A stretch of 63,944 bases of DNA, counting the filler, from Craspedostauros australis (Eukaryota): assembly GCA_030167865.1 (NCBI GenBank). It is 5 parts of 5 records of this genome, joined end to end, with 100 filler letters (N's around TTAATTAATTAA, not from the genome) between each part and the next. Parts side by side here need not be neighbours in the genome. Positions count along the whole stretch, not along the records: positions 58,307 to 62,569 come from JALAGF010005536.1; positions 62,670 to 63,944 come from JALAGF010005639.1; 3 more parts are not named here. One strand, 5' to 3'. The position numbers and the translations under genes are program-made. Within the stretch, counting starts at the first letter, position 1, and every line of letters begins with the position of its first letter. Of the stretch, positions 58,717 to 63,944 are shown piece after piece. Under the pieces are notes generated by a model that saw only the letters and a list, made by a program, of their open reading frames with translations, searched no databases and was not told the DNA's origin.

Positions 58717-61700
58717 ATGTCCTCCACCGCCGCCAAAGCCTCCATCAAGAGTGACAACCCATCTCCTCGTAAGAAGCCTCGTTCCTGTGCTGCCCCTCTC
58801 GATTCTCCGTTTGATTCCGATGGCAACTTGGCACCTACTCGTGAGCAGCTGTTGCCTGACAAGCTGTCTGCTGGATTGCGGAAGCTAACCAACATCACTC
58901 ATGCGATCGAGGTGAAGCCGATGCTTCCAGTGGACAGCAACCTTGTTCCAACTTTGGCGCATGTCGATGCTGCCAACTTGCGCGTCGACGTGCGCCTGTC
59001 CAGTGTGGCTGGTGTCATTTTTGACACACCGACGGTCACACTGCGTACGGTGGGACAAGGTGTCGGTGCTATCACAGTGGTGGACGTCAGCGTGAACGTG
59101 CCACCTCCCGTCGAGTCTCCTGCCAAACCGACTACCCGCGCAAGCACTTCACGACACGCAAACGCTGTCGCTGGAGGCTCTTGCGCTCATGTTGATGTTG
59201 ACAGCGACGACGACTACGTGGATGGCCGTGATCGCAGGAGGAAGCGAACAGGTCGCAACAGAATCATCAAGAAAACGGTGAGAGGATGGCGTCGCGATGC
59301 GTTGGCCGGCGTCGCAGGGTTGGTTAAGTCTGGTCTATCTCCAAAAGTGTTCGACTCTATGCCGAAGACGGGCTTCGTACTCGGTGGAAAACACGATAGG
59401 CAAGTCTGGAGCAACATCAAACGGCTGTGGGCACCAATTGCTTGTGCGCTCTGGGATGTGTTGCTCCCAAAAGCAGCCACACCGACTCGCCAGATGCATG
59501 AGGTGGTGCAATTCGTCCGAGCTGGGCAACCACTGCCACCAATGAGGCTTGCACCTAATCTGTACCGCATATGTGTTGGAGGGAGCAAGGTCATGCACCT
59601 CTGCGCGAGAGCCGTTCTCGCGCAGTCTGCGTCTCCAACAACATGCACAGACATTCTCACTGGATACGCCAATGGATTGCCGGAGGAAGAACGCGTGCGT
59701 GTACATGGTAATCGATTAACTGTCACTAAAAGCCAACATAACACATTGCATCGTTACCACGACATGTTGAGCGACGGGGAAACCATTCCTCCCAAAGTTC
59801 TTCAATATCGTGTGACTGCGTGTGCTTTGTCTGGTGTGGTGTCCTTTCTCTGCACTACGACCACGTACAAGGCTGGCTTGTGCCACGAAGTGGAGTGGGA
59901 AGGAGTCGTATTCGGGAATGTTCCTGTCTTCGATCGTAGAGGAAAAAGCATCATGGCGCTATTCGACATGTACAAGACAACCACCACCAACCCAGTGGGC
60001 AAGCCAGCATTTAAGGAGATGACGAAGCTACTAACACGACGTGGCAAAGTGAACACAGGGCTGTCTTCCTTCGAGAGCCACTTCTTGCTGGCGATGTTAA
60101 CTCTCAAACGCACGATCTCGCGCCTCGTCACACTTTTGAAGGCTAAGTATCCCGCAACAAACGATGCCGAGGACATGAATGACGTGATTTCCCAACATCT
60201 ACGCACAGCCGAGTCTCTGTTGTACGCGTTGGAACTTCTTGTTGTCTTCGTCAAATGGGAATTCACTGCCTCTCACATGCAGATGGAGTGTGATGACCCA
60301 CTGCACTCGGCTCAATTCGCGCTCACGCTCAACAAGGAGAAGAAGAAAACAACGAAACGATCCCAACCAACCCGAGCACGTACCAACAAGCACAAGCTCC
60401 GTAAGAAGAGTACTCGAACCAACGACATCCCTTCAGTCACCAATGACATTCCATCCATCGCAATTGATATCCCGGACATCACTCGTGTGACAGATACTGC
60501 TGCCAATGACACCGCCACTGCCAACAACGAACAGCCTCGCGTCCCCACAGACAAACAGCACACTGGAGTATGCAACCGTTGTGCAGGGGCGATGCGTTTT
60601 GTGGATGACCGATATGTCCCCTTCGTCACGATGCTTATGGAAGATCACCTTGCGGAACACGCAACAGAATTGGAGTCGATGCTCAATGCCGCACCAGGGT
60701 TCAACAACGAAATACTGTGGTACATGGCACACAAAGTGCGCAGCAAGNNNNNNNNNNNNNNNNNNNNNNNNNNNNNNNNNNNNNNNNNNNNNNNNNNNNN
60801 NNNNNNNNNNNNNNNNCTGGACCACAAACAGAAAATTCTTCCGACTGGCCAAGGCGAAGCTCAACAAGAATACTGGGGCAAGAAGGGCATGTCTCTGTTG
60901 GGTGCGATGGTGATCACATGNNNNNNNNNNNNNNNNNNNNNNNNNNNNNNNNNNNNNNNNNNNNNNNNNNCCGATATGTCCCCTTCGTCACGATGCTTAT
61001 GGAAGATCACCTTGCGGAACACGCAACAGAATTGGAGTCGATGCTCAATGCCGCACCAGGGTTCAACAACGAAATACTGTGGTACATGGCACACAAAGTG
61101 CGCAGCAAGGTGCAATTCGGACAAATTGAGCAGTACCTCCAAAGTATCAACAACCGAGAGGATCGCGCACATGTGGTGCTGGACCACAAACAGAAAATTC
61201 TTCCGACTGGCCAAGGCGAAGCTCAACAAGAATACTGGGGCAAGAAGGGCATGTCTCTGTTGGGTGCNATGGTGATCACATGTCACAATGACACANTCAC
61301 TTATNGCTTCATNGATATCATTGTGAAGGGGAGGCCAACTCAAGACACCCTCCAAGTTGGCGGGCTTCTCGAAATTGTGCAACAACAGGTGAGAAAATTG
61401 CTTCCATCAGTCACCGAAATCGTCATCCAATCCGACAACGCGTGTTGTTTTGCGAGCCACGAGCACATCCCGCTGATCACCTCGGTGCTCAACAAGAACC
61501 TTGGAACGCGAAATGTCCCCAAGATCGCGGCCTGGATCTACACCGAAGCCCAAACCGGAAAAGGCCGCCTTGACACGCACTTTGCGTACATCACTGTTGT
61601 GTTGCGAGCGTATGTGCTGGAGGACAACGACATCAAAACGGAACACCAACTTTTCGACGCATTGGAAGCTGGCAACATCGCAGGAACAACGACGGTTTTG

Positions 61701-62569
61701 GTGGATGCAGAATGCCTGGAGGGGCGCGTTGTGAGTTTCCCCGGCATGCCAAAGAAGCGTTTCTGCGCGAAAGGCCAAAAGGTACGCCAAACGCACGAGA
61801 TCAAGTTTGGAGAAGACGAGGCCAATTTGGTGGCGGCATCTGGTGTCACAGACGATGTTCTCGTCCAGTGCGCTGAATGGAAAGAATGGGAAATTAACCA
61901 GCTGGGCATCCGCACCATCGCGACGCACACGTCAGGAAAGGAACCATTCACCGCGGAATCGCCGAAGAAGAAGAAGAAGACACGAAAGCGCGGATCTACT
62001 GCAGTGGAGAGCAAAGCGCTCGTCTTTCGCGACGCACTGAATATGGGACAAGGAGAGCTGCCACACAACCACACCGCAGAATTGAAAGACCAGACCGCGG
62101 AAGCAGAAATCCCTCGACTCGCGGTGAAGGGCTGGGCAGTGAAAACCACGCGCAGCAACGCGGAGTTACCATGGTACGTACTGCAGAAATTGGATGAAAT
62201 GAGCACGGCAGCCAAAGAGGACCCGAAAAATCGACCAACAGAACACGAAGCGCACCGTCGACTGATGGAGCTGGAGGGAACAGCGACCGATTGGTATATC
62301 CAGTTGCACGCAAGTCCAATGCGCGTAAAGTCGTACTTGACTGCAGCATACAACAACGCACAGCGCGCGGCAAAGAAAACAGCCACGGCACCAACTACGA
62401 CCGACAACAACACAAAAATGGCATCCACATCGTCACCGTCACCACCATCACCATCACCATCACCACCTGCAACAGCAACAGCAACAGCCGCAACTGTCGC
62501 GGATCCAACAGGTACGAAGCCAGCAGAGCAGCAGAAGAGCGAAGAAGAGGAAGAGATGGAAGAAGAGGA
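58717..62569 (+). CDS. Large DDD transposase, Sola3-like (>1100 aa once the duplicated 60609-60970 segment is removed; 3' end runs into the gap)
   Basis: H..VCNRC, VVLDHKQKILP..EAQQEYWGKKGMS, TQD..V, IQSDNACCF and YTEAQTGKGRLDTHF match my recollection of the DWAMK/SDNAGCY/Q.GK..CDR family. Confidence 0.72.
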
Positions 62570-62669
62570 NNNNNNNNNNNNNNNNNNNNNNNNNNNNNNN
62601 NNNNNNNNNNNNNTTAATTAATTAANNNNNNNNNNNNNNNNNNNNNNNNNNNNNNNNNNNNNNNNNNNN
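62570..62669. other. Artificial scaffold linker
   Basis: TTAATTAATTAA at 62614-62625 within Ns. Confidence 0.97.
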
Positions 62670-63944
62670 TTTGTCTGATTGATGATCCATCCCATTGGGA
62701 CAGTTCATGTAGATCTCTTCGTCGAGGTCTCCATGTAGGAATGCCGTTACGACGTCGACGAGTGCGCAGTCCATCTTCTTGATCAGCATGATCACCATCA
62801 TGACCCGATAGGTCACATCATGGATGACGGGTGAGTAATGCTCTTGGAAGTCTACTCCTGCGACTTGTGAATAGCCACATGCAACGAGTCGTGCTCGATG
62901 TGTGCCGTCGCGTTTTAGCTTGAAGACCCATTTGCACTTGCAGCATCTGCGGCCGCGTGGGATGGCGTCTCGTTTGATCTTGCTGTACACCTTTTGTGTA
63001 TCCATGGAGTCGAACTCTTTCTTGATGGCTGCTCGATATCCCTTCCGATGGATGGGATCTGGGTGATTGAAGGCTCCATCGAATGTTGTAGGTTCGATGT
63101 GCTTCTCTGGTTCCTTGTTCTCGTCCTGCATCGACAATCCGATGTCGATCGCTGGTCTCTTGGTGATGATTGCATTCATCCCGTATAATCCAGTTGTGCT
63201 ATAGTGAGTGATCTCGATCTCTTCATCTTCGTCTATGATTTCTTCGTCATCTGTAGTTTCGTTGTTGGAATCGTCGATCATCTCGTCACTGAGTTCGTCA
63301 CTCGCCTCATTGGACGATGGATCGCTCTCATAGCCTTCTTCCTTTCGACCTCGTTCGTTGAAGTCTGCGAGCNNNNNNNNNNNNNNNNNNNNNNNNNNNN
63401 NNNNNNNNNNNNNNNNNNNNNNTCTCGTCCTGCATCGACAATCCGATGTCGATCGCTGGTCTCTTGGTGATGATTGCATTCATCCCGTATAATCCAGTTG
63501 TGCTATAGTGAGTGATCTCGATCTCTTCATCTTCGTCTATGATTTCTTCGTCATCTGTAGTTTCGTTGTTGGAATCGTCGATCATCTCGTCACTGAGTTC
63601 GTCACTCGCCTCATTGGANNNNNNNNNNNNNNNNNNNNNNNNNNNNNNNNNNNNNNNNNNNNNNNNNNNNNNNNNNNNNNNNNNNNNNNNNNNNNNNNNN
63701 NNNNNNNNNGTTGACTTGGGATTAGCTTCTCCCTTCCTGCCTCGTGCTTCGTGACGTCGGATCCTCTCCTTTCTAGCTATGTCACGCTTGCTTGGTTTGC
63801 TCGATGGAGATCTGGATGGTGTGTCATGTGTAGACCTCGCTGGCGTATTCGGAGGAGTGGCGCCTGTGTCATCGTCGGCTTCGTCGCCGGATGGTAGGAT
63901 CTCATCATCTTCATGATTGGATTCGCTCCGATCTTCCTCGTCAT
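62670..63944 (-). mobile_element. Ty1/Copia pol fragment (acidic INT-RT linker and RT N-terminus)
   Basis: EPTTF..A, AIKKEF, CKWVFKLKRDG.HRARLVACGYSQVAGVDF, SPV, DVVTAFLHGDLDEEIYM..P.G. 63423-63618 duplicates sequence at ~63120-63315. Confidence 0.92.

Noticed and set aside
60609..61281. Direct duplication within the transposase that appears to cause a frameshift
   Set aside because: Identical copies abut N gaps, typical of scaffolding overlap. The same applies to 63423-63618 and probably 20981-21500, although the latter has a few SNPs and may be allelic or a real tandem copy.

Overview
This is eukaryotic nuclear DNA, most likely from a diatom. The evidence is GT-AG introns, several signal peptides ending in an ASAF/xAF-type plastid motif, RXL motifs, helicase-associated repeats and Copia elements. 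The window is not one locus: five scaffolds are joined by artificial N..TTAATTAATTAA..N linkers (1-23600, 23701-53503, 53604-58206, 58307-62569, 62670-63944), so synteny across linkers is meaningless. The first two scaffolds are gene-rich. They carry a plastid ascorbate peroxidase, GatA amidase, a 1231-aa RXL-bearing single-pass membrane protein, an Mpv17/PMP22 protein, a SET methyltransferase, a secreted alpha-carbonic anhydrase, a YqaJ-type exonuclease and a DFR-like reductase. They also carry an 8-exon cyclophilin with an 11-nt microexon, a class I glutamine amidotransferase, an FNR-like reductase, a stand-alone cyclodeaminase, a GT8 enzyme, COX6B, a signal-peptide-bearing HxH-type E2, and a membrane-anchored PstS-like phosphate-binding protein. 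From ~50.8 kb on, the window is transposon DNA: CpG-depleted and nested Copia elements, a TG..CA insertion with a 6-bp target duplication, a large Sola3-like DDD transposase with a matching long terminal segment ending CTC|TTAA on the neighbouring scaffold, and interstitial telomere-like repeats. The best novelty candidates are the Sola3-like element, the TM-anchored PstS-like protein, the RXL membrane protein and the leader-bearing YqaJ nuclease. All homology calls come from motif recognition by eye, not database searches.
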